Of a DNA stretch of 64,000 nucleotides, positions 1-12,700 are shown piece by piece; the first letter of the stretch is position 1, and each line of letters opens with the position of its first letter. The stretch is from assembly GCA_964187785.1 (NCBI GenBank), contig OZ076419.1:7688001-7752000 (forward strand), written 5' to 3'. A program made the position numbers and the translations under genes. The stretch comes from Amphiscolops sp. MND2022 (Eukaryota). The notes beneath the pieces are model-generated. The model worked only from the letters and a program-made list of their open reading frames with translations. It was not told the origin of the DNA and made no database searches.

Positions 1-1160
1 TACCCCAGAGGGCATGACAGGCAAAATCGTAACGGTCTTGGTACTAAAAATAGCAACGCAAACTAAAAATAGATACGTTCAGCACTATAAATAGTAACAT
101 TACGTCACTAAGCATATTTGGGGCGGCATGATCAAAGAGCCTTGCGAGGCCGTAGCGGGGCATGCCGTTTGAACGGCCGAAAAGGTTTACATGTTTGAAT
201 CAACACTACATGTATACATAATCTATATGGACCTACATGGCCGATCGCCATGAGGGGCATTCTACATTCATGGGGGTTAAATGATGAAACTGCATTTACT
301 AAGAAAGCGCCGTGTATCCATCATCTAATTACGGTTATATGTATGTAGCAACACTTCATGTTCAACAGATCAACATTTTCATGTACACTTTCAAGTAACA
401 CTCAATGCGTCGATAGGCCGTGAAAGGCCTTACTTAAAGTAATAGCAACAGGTATTCTACTGGTATATAGCAACTGGTATTTAGCAATTCTAACAATTGG
501 ACCACTTAACTCGTAAGCCGAGTCCGTCCTTATTTGCTTGTACAGTTATCAACAAACAAAGCATAGCATCAATTAAAGCAGGCCGGTCTAATCGTGTGGC
601 CGGACTGGTCCTTTCTTGAGTAAATATATAGCTAGCAACTATGAGTGAATGAGTAAAATTAGCACTGCTGTGATTGGCCAATTTGCCGTACGCGGCCATA
701 TTAGCTATACTGAACAGGCAGCCATTTGAACACGTTTCCTTTCTGCCTGTCAGTATAACTTGCTGTCAAATATTATCACAACAAATTAAACCAAATTTAC
801 ATGTATTGTAAACAGTACAAATATTATAACTAAAAGTTTTCAAACTTATTGTTAATGCATTGACAGTTTTACTGTAGCGGTAAAGTGCCGGGTAGGGCGT
901 TCTGTCTGCTGGCATCAATTGTGTAAAAATTGCCGTCACAGGCGGCAGCCTGCGACACTTATATTATTGTCAAAAGAACCCCAGACGAAACAAGACAGGA
1001 ACTTTTTACATAAAGCATTGAAGCATGCAGGCTAAGGTTTTATTAAACATTAAAAATTCAGGGACCCTGCATGGAAAATTTTTATAAAACTTCCCTGCAG
1101 CTTAGAAAATCCGGACAGTATTTCCCTGTGCTTTAAAAAAGTCTTTCGAAATATTTAAAA

Positions 1161-1495
1161 CCAGAGCCGCATATGCGGTAAAGGAGTCGGTTTAAGTCTT
1201 TTTCCTTCTGACTCGCTTTCGTTCGAATCGTATGAACAGTTTGTGAGAAAATCAAAAAAATCGAAAAATGACTGTTTTTTGGCCATTTTTGGGCTAAATT
1301 TGGCTGTTTCTCACATCCCAGCCATACGAATTTAATGAAATTGCACATAAAGGACCATAATATGGTGTAGAATGACTGTAGAAAATTTCGTTCGAATCGT
1401 ATGGACAGTTTTTGAGAAAATTGAAATTTTCATGAAAAAAAAAACAAAAAAAACAGCACGATTGCATAAGTAGTCGAAATTTTTTTCCGACTCCT
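1161..1495 (-). mobile_element. Non-autonomous Helentron/DINE-like element (family H1)
   Basis: Reverse-complement copy of 15239-15684. Subterminal inverted repeats AGGAGTCGG/CCGACTCCT, a terminal stem-loop CCGC-ATAT-GCGG and A/T-run flanks. Confidence 0.6.
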
Positions 1496-1575
1496 AAAAA
1501 TACATCGATACAGTTGTATTGTACCAACAAAATGCTTTTCTCATTTCAGGCAATTAATATAATAATCCAACTAAC

Positions 1576-1785
1576 CATTTGTGAAGATCTCAACTTCGGT
1601 AAGCTGCAAGTACGAATTGGTAGCTGCAACACGTACATAGCTTCCCTGTATGCCTTCTTTCCCGCCACAAGCTACAGATGTCCACTGCTTCTTGCCCACT
1701 TTCTCAGTAATGGCACCACACTCTTCGCAAGACTTCTGCTTTTTGCTTTTGCAAACATAGACAATGTTTCCAGTCATTCGTTCCG
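1576..1785 (-). CDS. F-type lectin (fucolectin/F5-8C-like) domain exon, C-terminal half
   Basis: AG acceptor at 1787-1786 and GTTAG donor at 1575; phase 1-1 exon of 210 nt. Reads ERMTGNIVYVC...CGGKEGIQGSYVRVAATNSYLQLTEVEIFT, matching the FTL end motif GRYVRV...LxLCEVEVF. Confidence 0.8.
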
Positions 1786-2416
1786 CTGAAAAAAATACAA
1801 TTTGAAGAACTCTATGATCAATGCTTTATGATTGCAAAACGTAGCAAGTAGGAAAGATCTCAAGTCAACGCGCTGCTTAAGTCTCAAACATAGACTAGAG
1901 TGTCCCAAATATGCTCATTAGCGGTTATTAGATGAAAGTTGAAAAACACCACAGTGCTCGGAAGAGCATTCAAAAGCGTGCTTTTGTTTCTAAGAAATTG
2001 TTCGAACAAACCTCGGGTTTTGACAAAAATTTTGACAGTATGACGTTTAGCCCAATCACTGAATCCCGTTTTTTTGGCTGCCGAAAGCGTTTCCATTGCA
2101 AAAACTTGAATTCTTAAATCACGTGAGCAAATTAAAAGTTGAGATCTTGATGAATAAAAATCCAGTTTTAATCAAATGAATCTTCCTTAAAAGGCATTTC
2201 CCGTTTTTTCCTGTATTTGCAAAGACCGAGATGTTTTACGTTTTCCTAAATTTTTTTTCTCAACATTTACAATCATCGAAATTTACAACCTTTCACCTCC
2301 AAAGTACAAAACTCATTTGATCAAAATTGGTTTTTTATTCATCAAGATCTCGAGTGTTAATTTTAACTCGAAAATAAAGAATTCAAGTTTTTGATAAACG
2401 ATAGAACAAAACTTAC

Positions 2417-2620
2417 AGCAACAGTCTGGTCGGTTCTGCAATTTCACAAGTCTCACTTTCGCTTTATCAATGGAGTACCTGACCCATCCTTTTTTGGGAT
2501 CTTTGGCGTGGAAGAAGGTTTTGTCGTCTTGATCCATCGAGTTTTCCAGCACGAAATCATCCGAGTAGGTTTCGGATGACTCCGCATCGGCAATCTTTGC
2601 TTTCTTGAGTGCAGTATCAA
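2417..2620 (-). CDS. F-type lectin domain exon, N-terminal half
   Basis: TTTCAG acceptor and GTAAGT donor; phase 1-1 exon of 204 nt. Splicing to 1785 gives FFHAKDPKKGWVRYS...QNRPDCCSERM, i.e. H-x25-R-x-D-x4-R (canonical FTL fucose motif H-x26-R-x-D-x4-R). Confidence 0.8.
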
Positions 2621-3209
2621 CTGAAAAAAAATCAATGTTTTCAAAACGACTTTTCATGATATAAATTACTGTAAAAACGTGATTTATTGGTTTTTTGAGG
2701 AAAATTTGACTCAATTTTAAAGTTTTTAATTGCATTATTGATTGAATGGCTACATAAAAACGCGTCTTAAAGTCGTAGTTCACTGCAAGGTTTGATTCAA
2801 AAGTAGTTTAAAGACCGAAAAAATGATAGCTACCAACAGTTTTAAAATTCCAAATTTCAAAGTGAATCAAAGTCAAATCGTAGTGAAAAACTTGCTCAAA
2901 TCTTTCTCTGCTTTTGATTTTTTCGGGTAAAGTTGTGACTTTGTTCTGAAAACGTTTTCAGAGAACATGCGCGTTCAGTTTTTTAATAGTTCTAGCGATG
3001 CTGGATCGTTTCTGATTTGGTTTTTTTGTAGTTCCAGCGATGCCGGATCGTTTCTGATTTGAGTTTTTAGTCGGCGCTTTTCGAAGAAAAACGCAGACCA
3101 TAGTAGTGACTTCTTTTTTTTAAGACCAACGAACTGACAGATTTTATAAACTTTATAAGTTGGCACTAAACCGGCACTAACACTAAACTGTGTCATACTA
3201 CTTCACTGC

Positions 3210-3600
3210 CACTTGGCCACTACGGCTTTTTTGATGTCTGACAAGCAGAATGACAAGGGTTCGAGTCCCGCCATGACCAAATTTTTTTTGTGCAATTTTT
3301 TTTCGGCTTTGTGAGACTTTTTTCGCAAATATCTCCAAAGGGTCCACCCTTCATTTTTTTGTCTATTTTGCAAAAGAATGGATGTTAAAAAACTTCCAAA
3401 GGGCCCCATTTTACATGTTTCGGCACTATGCGACTTACAGGAGACCAAAAAAAATTTAAAAAATTTCAAAAAAATCGGATTTTTTTTTCAATTTTTCTTC
3501 AAACGGGTACTGTAGAAGAGAATACTTGACACTTTGAAGTCCTTTTGTTATTTTTGAGCCTTAGATATGGCGCCGACTTGGGCCGTTCCCGGGTTGTTTA
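3210..3600 (+). repeat. Interspersed repeat, GGGTCCCC/TTTTTCGGCAC family with tRNA B-box (SINE-like)
   Basis: GGTTCGAGTCC at 3258-3268. The body and 3' end CTTAGATATGGCGCCGACTTGGGCCGTTCCCG are shared with many copies in the window. Boundaries approximate. Confidence 0.55.
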
Positions 3601-3659
3601 TAGTTCGGATCGTTTCTGATTTGGGTCTTTTTAGGCAGCGCATTTTAACAAAATGAGCC

Positions 3660-4060
3660 CGATTATTACAGTGGCAAGTTTTTTTCTTTCTTTTTCGTCA
3701 GATAACAGAATGTATGCGTAGTAGACACTTTTTCTACAGAACTACTAAACTACTGGACCGGCCAGCGGAAACGCATCTAAGTTATTGCAAAGGATCCCCC
3801 TTCCGTGTACTCAATTTTTAACGAAAGATACAAAACCGGACGGGACTACAGGGTTCCCCAATTGAATTTTTTTCGGCACTGTGCGACTTTTTATTCGAAA
3901 TTTTTTGTCGCCAAAGGGTCCCCCTTCAATTTTTTTGATATTTTGCCACAAATTGGATTTTCAAAAAGCCCGAAGGGTCCCCCTTTTACAGGTTTACAAA
4001 CTTTGCGCTTTTTGAGACTTAGATATAGCGCCGACTTTAGACGTTCCCGTCTTGTTTATA
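3660..4060 (+). repeat. Composite of two interspersed repeats
   Basis: 3660-3785 matches 40075-40230. 3833-4060 is another GGGTCCCC-family copy ending GCGCCGACTTTAGACGTTCCCGTCTTGTT. Confidence 0.6.
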
Positions 4061-4399
4061 GTTTCAGAGCGATGCGAGACCACTAGTTACATATAAAATT
4101 CTTTCAAAACCTGGAAAAAAGTTCTGAATTGTTGCACTCTGAAAAAAATTTTCAGAATTAATTTCAAAACTTGATATCATGTTCAGAGACAAGCACAAGA
4201 ATTACTTCCGGTGGAAAAATCTTGACCCTTACTCCCATTCTTTTAAATTTGTATTCAGTCAATGAGTTTTTTGAAGATTACATCATGATCGATTTCCATG
4301 AACTTTACCATGAATGGTGTAGTTTTTCATGAACCATTTTTGTAAAACATCATCAAAAGTGGGAATTTGTTATATTTTTATATCACTGGTATAATTTCG

Positions 4400-6310
4400 A
4401 TGTTTGGCATTTAGAGTGCCAATCTTACTGTCAGCATTGTTATATTTGGTTCTTCAAAACCAGTTGTTTTCAATCAAATCGATCCATCTTTTGCTCTGGT
4501 ATAAAAAACGTTACCATTATGCTCAGAATGTACCATATGTTTCTTCACATCACAGGAACAATTCTCCTAAGTATCCACTTAGCGTTTGATGGAAGTTCTT
4601 TAAAAGCTTGCCGAGTTGGTGGCATGTTAGAAGCATCTTTCGATGAAAAGCACTTACTGTTCATTGAGCCATGTCATCATTTCCAATGGTGGAAAACAAC
4701 GAAAATTTTAAAACTGTAAGTGAAGTTCGTGAATAACTCATGTAGACAATCGATGCTCGTTTTTGTACGCGAAAATCATTTCAGAGAACCTTGACGAGTT
4801 TTTCGTGAATTTAGGCCAATTTTGATCAGGTAGATAGATACCTCCAAAAGTTCGACCTTTTTGTNNNNNNNNNNNNNNNNNNNNNNNNNNNNNNNNNNNN
4901 NNNNNNNNNNNNNNNNNNNNNNNNNNNNNNNNNNNNNNNNNNNNNNNNNNNNNNNNNNNNNNNNNNNNNNNNNNNNNNNNNNNNNNNNNNNNNNNNNNNN
5001 NNNNNNNNNNNNNNNNNNNNNNNNNNNNNNNNNNNNNNNNNNNNNNNNNNNNNNNNNNNNNNNNTCAAGTTTGCTGTCTCCGGGTCCTATTTTGCCGCCA
5101 GACTGTGCTAATGCATTCACCTTTCTCAAATCAACATTTTCATCAAGATAACGGCACACTGCTAAGAATGCGTTTTTGGTGGTTGTGTTTTTTGGGAACA
5201 AGTAATTTACTGCGTTAAAGTTCTCACAAACTTCTCGCGCTGAAATCATTTTCGCTTCGTGAAAAGAATTGTATTGGATCCAACTGTTTTCTAGAAAAGT
5301 TTTTACAAAAATGAAGTATCAATTATATTGTCTTCATCGAATAGAGAAAATAATTGAGAGTTTCTGCTTTGGTCGTCTTGTGTTTCAGGTAATGGTTGAT
5401 AGAGACACTTAGCACGTGCATTGAGCATTTGAAACACCCAGGTCGATGTCCAACGTTCGGCTGTGCTCGGTAACGAAAAGTCGCCCCATCCCACGTTGTA
5501 GAAGATTGATGTAAGGAATTATTGCGTCTTTGAAATGTGCGTCACTTTTCTCGAGCTCCAATAGTTTCTGGAAAATGTAAAGTGCCTTCTCGCTCTCGGC
5601 ACAGTTTCCAAGTGAGTTGACTTTCTCGATTTCCCATGTAGATTCAAACTTACAACCCAAAGTCTCAGTTGTTTTCACTTTGATCAGCTTCTGCAACTTT
5701 TCGCCTCTATTTATTAGCGATTCATCGTGGAAAATTGAGGTTTCCGTTTTGATAAAGTTTTCTGGGTAGGAGACAGTTAGTAGTTTGACTTTGGCATTTT
5801 GTACATTGGATAAGGTTTTATCAACTTCTCGGTCCCAGAAAATTGAGGAAGGTAAAACAGTATGTGAGAGTGGTTTGACGGCATGGATTGACAGTAATCG
5901 TTAAGTTCACCATTGCTATTCTCTCCGTTTATGTGCTTCCTGTAAATGAACTGACAATCATTCGAGTTTGTTAGGGTTTTGAGCATCTCGGCAACACTGA
6001 GTGGCATGTCTGTGTTACCTTCTTTGTGGGATTCACGATTTTCGTCAGTGGCAAACAGAACAAGCCAATAATTATATGGTATTTCACGAAATACAGTTGT
6101 CATTTTTCTGATTTTTTTTCTGAATTAGCTTGTGATTTGTAATGGTGATAATTTTATAATGGCGTTTTCGCCAACCGTTATCTGGACAATTGCATCATTT
6201 TCATGATAGGAGATGTCATAGGTGCGTACTATGGGAATTTTCCATAGAATTTCCACAGTCCAAGTACATTGATACTGCTGTCGCCGTGTTTTTTCAGTTT
6301 TCCGGAACAT
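4400..6310 (-). pseudogene. Degenerate coding remnant of unidentified element, interrupted by gap
   Basis: Chain of minus-strand protein-like fragments (6125, 5777, 5409, 5303, 4776) broken by stops and frameshifts. No family recognised. Confidence 0.35.
4865..5064. other. Assembly gap (exactly 200 N)
   Basis: Run of 200 N. The round size suggests a scaffolding join of unknown true length. Confidence 0.95.
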
Positions 6311-6544
6311 GGCTTCACCTCCTCAGTTTATCAAAATCTCTTTACTTTTACTCTTTATTGGCCTCATGTTCAGCAGAGAAAAGGTTAGATTGCTTCATTT
6401 ATTCACTAAAGCTAAGATTATTCACTTATATTGCAGCAAGAAGTTTCATCGGTTTGCAATGTAAATAAAGCTTGACATATTGCACACATTTTGAATGAAG
6501 AATCAGTTTGACCTTTGAGCTTTATGACTTTGAAAGTTTTCGAC

Positions 6545-6660
6545 TTGGGAGCCCAAAACGTGCACTGTGAATCTATCTTAGAATAATTTCGCTTGGGAGC
6601 CCAAAACGTGCACAAGAATTCTATCTTAGAAAAATTTCGGTTGGGAGCCCAAAACGTTCA
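6545..6660. repeat. 48-bp minisatellite, about 2.5 copies
   Basis: TTGGGAGCCCAAAACGT at 6545, 6593 and 6641, with similar intervening sequence. Confidence 0.85.
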
Positions 6661-7013
6661 TAAACCCCCCTTCCTTTACTACTAGTAGCAATCAATTATG
6701 AAAATACAATACAGGGCGTCACATTCAAATGAGTCAATGAACAATATTATAAGTTGGCCATGTATGTGGGATGCATCTTTTTAGGATCCCGTCCGGAAAA
6801 GATACCTTCAAAAATATTCGCTCGGTTTGAACATTGTCTAAAATTCGTGCAAAAATCGTACAGAAAATCTTCAATTGTTAGTGTTTATTGGCACCGCCAA
6901 TTTCAGATGTAATTCTATATAGCGCTTCCACTTGCGCAGCATATTCCTTCGACTTGCCTCGCCTTCCTTCTGGTCCTTTTGCAAGAACAATCAACTTTAC
7001 TCAGAAACACTTA

Positions 7014-8640
7014 CAGTGCCTCACGAAAGTGTAACAATAGATAGGCATATTTCTAATAAAGGGTATTTTAGTTCATAGACAAATGTTATGTTAGAAACAA
7101 CCATATAATAAAACAACCATACTCTTCTCATGTTGTTTTCAATCACCGGAAGTTGTTTTTCTTCACGCTTTTTTCTGGTTGCACGTTGAATCATAAAACA
7201 TTTATTGTTACAATTTCGTGTGCGCCATTACAAAAAGCAAAAACCACTTCCTACATTATTTCAACTGTTAAATTTCCGTTTACAATTTTCATTCTTTGTC
7301 ACTCACAGTCTCTAATTACTTGTTTCTGTTATGAAAGTTATACCCATCTCAACCAAAACGCAGATTTTCGAGTATGTAGCGGAGGGTTTATCTACAAGGC
7401 AAATTGCCAAGAAGGTGCCATCTGTTAGTCATATGACGGTGACCCGATTGAGGAGCGAGCATTTCAATGGCCTTGCAAAACCAAAAGCAGGTCGTCCATC
7501 AAAATTAACTCCATATGACAAAAGAAAACTCGTCCGAGACATGTCGTCAGGAAGGATACAAACAGCTGTTGATGCGGCTAAAGAGCTCTCAAATACAATG
7601 GAAACACAATTGCACCCTGAAGCTATCCGGCGAGTATTGAGGAAAAGTGGTTTGAAAGCAATCAAGAAAAAGAAGAAACCTTTCTTGAGTAGAAAACACA
7701 GACAACAAAGATTGGAATTCGCACGGAAGTATTCCAACTGGACACCAGAAGATTTCAAGCGTGTCATATGGTCTGATGAAACCAAAATAAACAGATTTGG
7801 TTCCGATGGGCTCCAGTGGGTGTGGAAAAAGCCTAAAGCACCATTATTGGACTGCCACGTGCAGGGTACGTTTAAACACGGAGGTGGAAGCCTGATGCTA
7901 TGGGGATGTATGACTTCTTTGGGAATTGGTCAGGCGTGTAAAATAGAGGGAAACATGGACAGCCAGCTTTATTGCGAGATTTTATCAGATAATCTCATGG
8001 GTACAATACGACACTATGGATGGGGACGAGATGACATCGTTTTTCAACAGGATAACGACCCTAAACACACCTCAAAATTGGCGAAAGACTGGTTTGAGGA
8101 AAATGGAATAACAGTTATGGACTGGCCTCCTCAATCACCGGATTTAAATCCAATTGAACACCTTTGGCACACGCTGAAGTACCAATTGCGAATGTATTCT
8201 AAACCTCCTGAGAGCGTTGCTGAGCTGTGGGAACGGGTGCAAGACGAGTGGAACAAAATACCAGTTGAGACAGTTCAAAACCTTATCGATAGTATGCCCA
8301 AGCGCATAAACGCTGTTTTGAAGGCTCGGGGTGGTTATACTAAATACTGAAACACTGTTCCTGTTCTTATATTCTGTTTTTTTAAGTGTATAAAAACGTT
8401 TATTCAAATTCATTTTCTAAAACATAACCACACACGAAATTGTAACAATACAATTTTTCAGTAGAGTGCTTGTGAATACATGTAAAAAACTCGAAAATAT
8501 AAACCAAAACAATATATATTAATGCAACGTGTTTAACAAACATATTGAAAGCTTACTTAGTTTAAATGCTGTACCCTTCTGAGAGAAAAAGAAGATCTCA
8601 CTTTTTTAAAAGTCTATTGTTACAATTTCGTTAGGCACTG
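7014..8640 (+). mobile_element. Full-length Tc1 DNA transposon (1627 bp)
   Basis: 28-bp TIRs CAGTGCCTCACGAAAGTGTAACAATAGA / rc CAGTGCCTAACGAAATTGTAACAATAGA (2 mismatches). TA TSD at 7012-13 and 8641-42. Confidence 0.95.
7331..8350 (+). CDS. Tc1 transposase, DD34E, intact 339 aa
   Basis: N-terminal HTH region, WSDETK, FQQDNDPKH and SPDLNPIEHLW; 34 residues between the second D and the E. Confidence 0.97.
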   Translation: MKVIPISTKTQIFEYVAEGLSTRQIAKKVPSVSHMTVTRLRSEHFNGLAKPKAGRPSKLTPYDKRKLVRDMSSGRIQTAVDAAKELSNTMETQLHPEAIRRVLRKSGLKAIKKKKKPFLSRKHRQQRLEFARKYSNWTPEDFKRVIWSDETKINRFGSDGLQWVWKKPKAPLLDCHVQGTFKHGGGSLMLWGCMTSLGIGQACKIEGNMDSQLYCEILSDNLMGTIRHYGWGRDDIVFQQDNDPKHTSKLAKDWFEENGITVMDWPPQSPDLNPIEHLWHTLKYQLRMYSKPPESVAELWERVQDEWNKIPVETVQNLIDSMPKRINAVLKARGGYTKY

Positions 8641-8710
8641 TAATTTGCTCTTGATTCTCAGGTAGCGAAGGAAACAAAACAGTTTGCTCTCGGACAAAGC
8701 AACACGACGC

Positions 8711-9171
8711 CAGGGTTGGCATGATAAATAACAGTGTTATTTAACACCCTTATAAATAACAATGTAATTTACCTATAAACAACAATTTTTGTTTTTTTTT
8801 TGTTATTTTCCACTTTCAAATTTGCTTTGCAAGTTCAAACACTTGATAAATTTTTTGCTTTTCAGATACGAAATGAAACCCAAAGGGCCACTCCTGCTAC
8901 GGCCAATCTTGAGCGGAATTTTTCGACCCTCGGACTCACTTACGGCAAGCTCCGTTCGCAACTCGGGGTTGATAAAGCTGGAAAGTTAGCCTTTCTCACA
9001 AGGCAGTTCAACAAATAACTCGGCCGTTGTACTTGATTTTTTTGTTTTTTTTTTTGTATATCGTTTGCTTTTTTGCATAAATAACAAAAATAACAAAAAT
9101 AACATGTTTTTTTCTTTAAATAACTGTGAGTTAGTTATTTATTATAAATAACACACAAAATGCCAACCCTG
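8711..9171 (+). mobile_element. hAT deletion derivative (461 bp) retaining hATC dimerisation remnant
   Basis: TIR CAGGGTTGGCAT/ATGCCAACCCTG and 8-bp TSD CACGACGC. Remnant ATPATANLERNFSTLGLTYGKLRSQL at about 8880-9015. Confidence 0.92.
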
Positions 9172-9369
9172 CACGACGCACTCCTTCGGTTTTGAAATTT
9201 TTGTCTTGAGGCATTTCTTATTTCATCAGTGAGAGTCCGAATATCAGTTTTTCCCAGTATTCAATTTTTTCTGCTAATGTTCGTCTATAAGGTTGAACAC
9301 GAACAAGTTGTCCTTAACATTTTAAAGCTCTGAAAGTATTCTTTGCGAATGGACGATGCATTGGAAATA

Positions 9370-9720
9370 CGACACACATTTCGACAGATGAAAACAAACT
9401 TTAGACAACATTCGAGGTGTTTATGCTGTCTCCTTGGTTACATGCGTTTCGGTTTCCAAAATGTGCAATAGTACAGTTAAGTATAATTCGTACAGATAAT
9501 AAGTAACTTTGTGATAAACTTCTAAGACTTCTCCTTGCTATGATGTTACAGAGGTGTCGAAATACGGCAGACATTCCGACAGATAATAAAATTAGACAAC
9601 ACTGGGGTGTTTATACTGTTTCTTTTTGTTCGCATACGTTTCGGTTTGAAAAACTTGCAACAGCTCGTACAGGTAATCAGTAACTTTGTGATAAACTTCT
9701 AAAACTTCTTGCTATGCTAC
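9370..9720. repeat. Diverged tandem duplication, ~195 bp period
   Basis: TAGACAACA...GTGTTTAT.CTGT and GTAACTTTGTGATAAACTTCTAA each occur twice. Confidence 0.65.
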
Positions 9721-9749
9721 TTGGCTCGAACTAACTTTTCGTGATGTAG

Positions 9750-12700
9750 CTTTTCTGAATGATAGCTCAGCACTAACTGAACACTGCTACCGGTTGAGTT
9801 CGCGCTCCACCTGGTCACACTTCAAATGTGCTGGACTGAGGACTAGAAGCTAACCGGCAAAATTCGACAAAATCTTTCAGTTCTCTGCAAATTTCGCTTG
9901 TTTGGCCGGCTTTGACAATAAGTTCCGCTCTCAGTTTCTGGACAGTTAGTGTACTGGAGAACCTTTCTGTTACAATCTCAAAGGATTCAGTTTTCAAGTT
10001 CGTCATGCGTTCAACAGCGTACCTACCATCACCTTTACCTTCATAGAAATCTACTTGTTTTCTGTCGCACCATTGTCCAATTGTTTATAGTAAGTTGAAG
10101 TCTGTTGAAACTTTCTCACTTCCAAGTCTTATTTGGAAAATTTTGGGTCATCAGACTCACCAGGCAACAGAAAATGTTCAGGTAGTGCTTGGATAGTGCT
10201 TGAATAAACTTTTGATTCGGGATGGCGTGTTTGTCACGTCGATGGGAAAGAACGAAGCAACCTTCCCTCGCACGAATGTACATGCACTTTTTGATCTTCT
10301 GTTCTTTGTCTTAGAATAATGTAGTTCAACCACACCATTCAAAAATGGCATGGTTATTATCGAAACCTACACTATGGTAGTTGCCTCTGTTGTCCCACAA
10401 TTCAACTTTGGGGTGCTCAGAATGGACGTCTTTCAGATGTGGCCTCATATGTATTTTCTCACTTCCAAGGAAAGTTGTTCTGCATTTGAAAACGAAAGGT
10501 TGTTTTAGAAACTGAAACTGCTAACCTTGAATAGACTAATGACTTCTTTCGGAAAATTTCAATTTGACATTCGTACCTTGTTTTGCCACAGTTCTATTGA
10601 ATTATCTTTAATGAAAGCGTTTTTCGGTAAGAAGTCAGAAAAAGGTGATGAACATAAATATAGCCAAAATGAATTTGATATATATAAATATCATATGAAA
10701 GTTTTACAATCGATGCGATCTTGAGAAAAACATAGTTGGAAAAAGGGGATAAAATCCATTGAAAAAGAATTGGCCCATCAGTTATAGTGTAAAGGTATCT
10801 ACGCGAGCCGTCTATCGCATCAACCTAGCAAAGTTTCAACCAAGAAGGAAGTCCTTTAACCTGAGACAAATGGTGGCATTTATGCCTCTTTGATCAAGGA
10901 ATTCGAAGCGTTTGCTACACTGATATTGAAGATAATGCTTCATATCTATTTCTTGCTGCAAATTTTCCCCGCATTAGTAACAGGCACAGCAGTACTTACA
11001 GTCGGCTTTAGTTGGAACTTCACCATTCTCTACTTCCTGTAAATACTCAGTGTTGGCTGACAACGAAACATCTCTGCTTTCATCTTCTGAACTCTCGGCT
11101 TGACATTGGACTATCAAACTGCATGAAGAAGCTTCAAACATCTCATGCAGATCACACTGAACTTTTTTACATGAAGTTTCTAGAAGAAAAGGGGGGACGA
11201 TAGCTCAGTTGATTAGTCAACTTGGAACTGGTGGATTTTCTGGTTCGATTGGGAAATTTTTTGAACTATCTTTTGAAAAAAACGTTGACATAAGTGGGTC
11301 ATTTTGAAAATCCAACCTTGAGAAGTTACCTGAGAGGAATTGTAGCTCTGACGTTCATGGGGTCCTGAACGTCGAGAACAATTCTGACGAAGATAATGAT
11401 TGACGACGTCCCCTTCTTCTATAAATTGCTTTTCACAGTGAACATATGTGCAGCAGCTTTCATACTGTCGATTTTTCCCTTGCACAACGACTACCGTCGT
11501 CACAATTTGTTTTCAGGTCAACTCTGTCGTGCACCCTGTTTGCGAATACAGTGGATACGTCCAAAGTTACGTCCCTCTCGGCAGTACCTGCTTTTTTCTC
11601 ATCAAATTCGCAATTCAGTTCAAATGGAGTTGTAGTTGGTATAGCAAACATATCTTATTAGCTTTCTTTGTCCATATAAAGATACATATATAAAGATACA
11701 CTTTGTCCATAATACGTTTCATCGAAGCTAACTTCGGAACAAGTTTTAACGTCAGCATTTGCATGGCATCCAACTTGTACAAGCTTTGAATTAGCGTCGA
11801 TTCCCCGAACTTGAACTATTTTGCCTTGCCAGGTTCTGTCGAGTGAAAGTGTTTTGCGACTTGCCATTCAACTGTCAAACTGCGTGAAGACGCTTCAGAC
11901 ATTTCATGCGGATCACACTGGACTTTGTGACACGAAGTTTCTGGAAGAAAAGTCTACACAGATACATCTCGTCGTGTAGAGGTTGCGTTTTTGAATGTAG
12001 GTGGCTGAGAACCGAGTTCGAACATTGCTGTTACAGATTAACCAACTTGTACACCTTTCGAGTTGGCATCAATAGCACTCACTTAAGTCATCGCTTCCTT
12101 TTGATAACGCACTGAGACGGAACGTCTCTAACGTTATCACCGAGATGAACTCAGCAACTTCAGCCTTCATGCTTGCATTTATCCATATAGTATAGCATAC
12201 TATAGTAGAGTAAACATATATTCACAATTGATATCTGATAAACAACTAAGAACTGTTCAATCATGTTATCTGTGTTGGAACATATGGAATACTTACAACA
12301 GAACAGATAAATTGAAATCTTGCGCTCCTTCCTTGCACACTTTGATCACGCCATCCCCTGCCAGACTTTGATGACCCACTCCGAACTTTTCCTTCAGTCT
12401 CAAGTACCGGACGAAACAATAACTCTTTCTGAAAGAGCTAAGCACTTGATGCCTTCCTTCCGAGCGTTTTTGTTCGTGTTCCTAATTTCAAGTGTTAGTG
12501 TTAACTGGTCTCGAAGTTCTCTTATTCCAGCCTGTTTTTCGCTTTTCTGTTTTCCCAGAACCGATTCGTCAATACACTTGAATTTGTAAATTCCCTGCTT
12601 GATGTTTTTTTCTTGAGGTTTTCAAGATATTCTTCACGAAGGTGAAACGCACTGCTAATTCTTGTAACATTTCTGCGAATTATAAGAAACAAAAGGGAAC

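Noticed and set aside
100-720. Recurring GGCCG motifs and weak inverted similarity
   Set aside because: No termini, period or TSD could be defined; the feature may start left of the window.
860-960. Possible last exon of the lectin gene (VSQAAACDGNFY...*)
   Set aside because: Phase-compatible, but the acceptor lacks a pyrimidine tract and no homology was recognised.
6545-6660. CRISPR-like repeat/spacer pattern
   Set aside because: The 'spacers' resemble each other and the context is eukaryotic, so this is a minisatellite.
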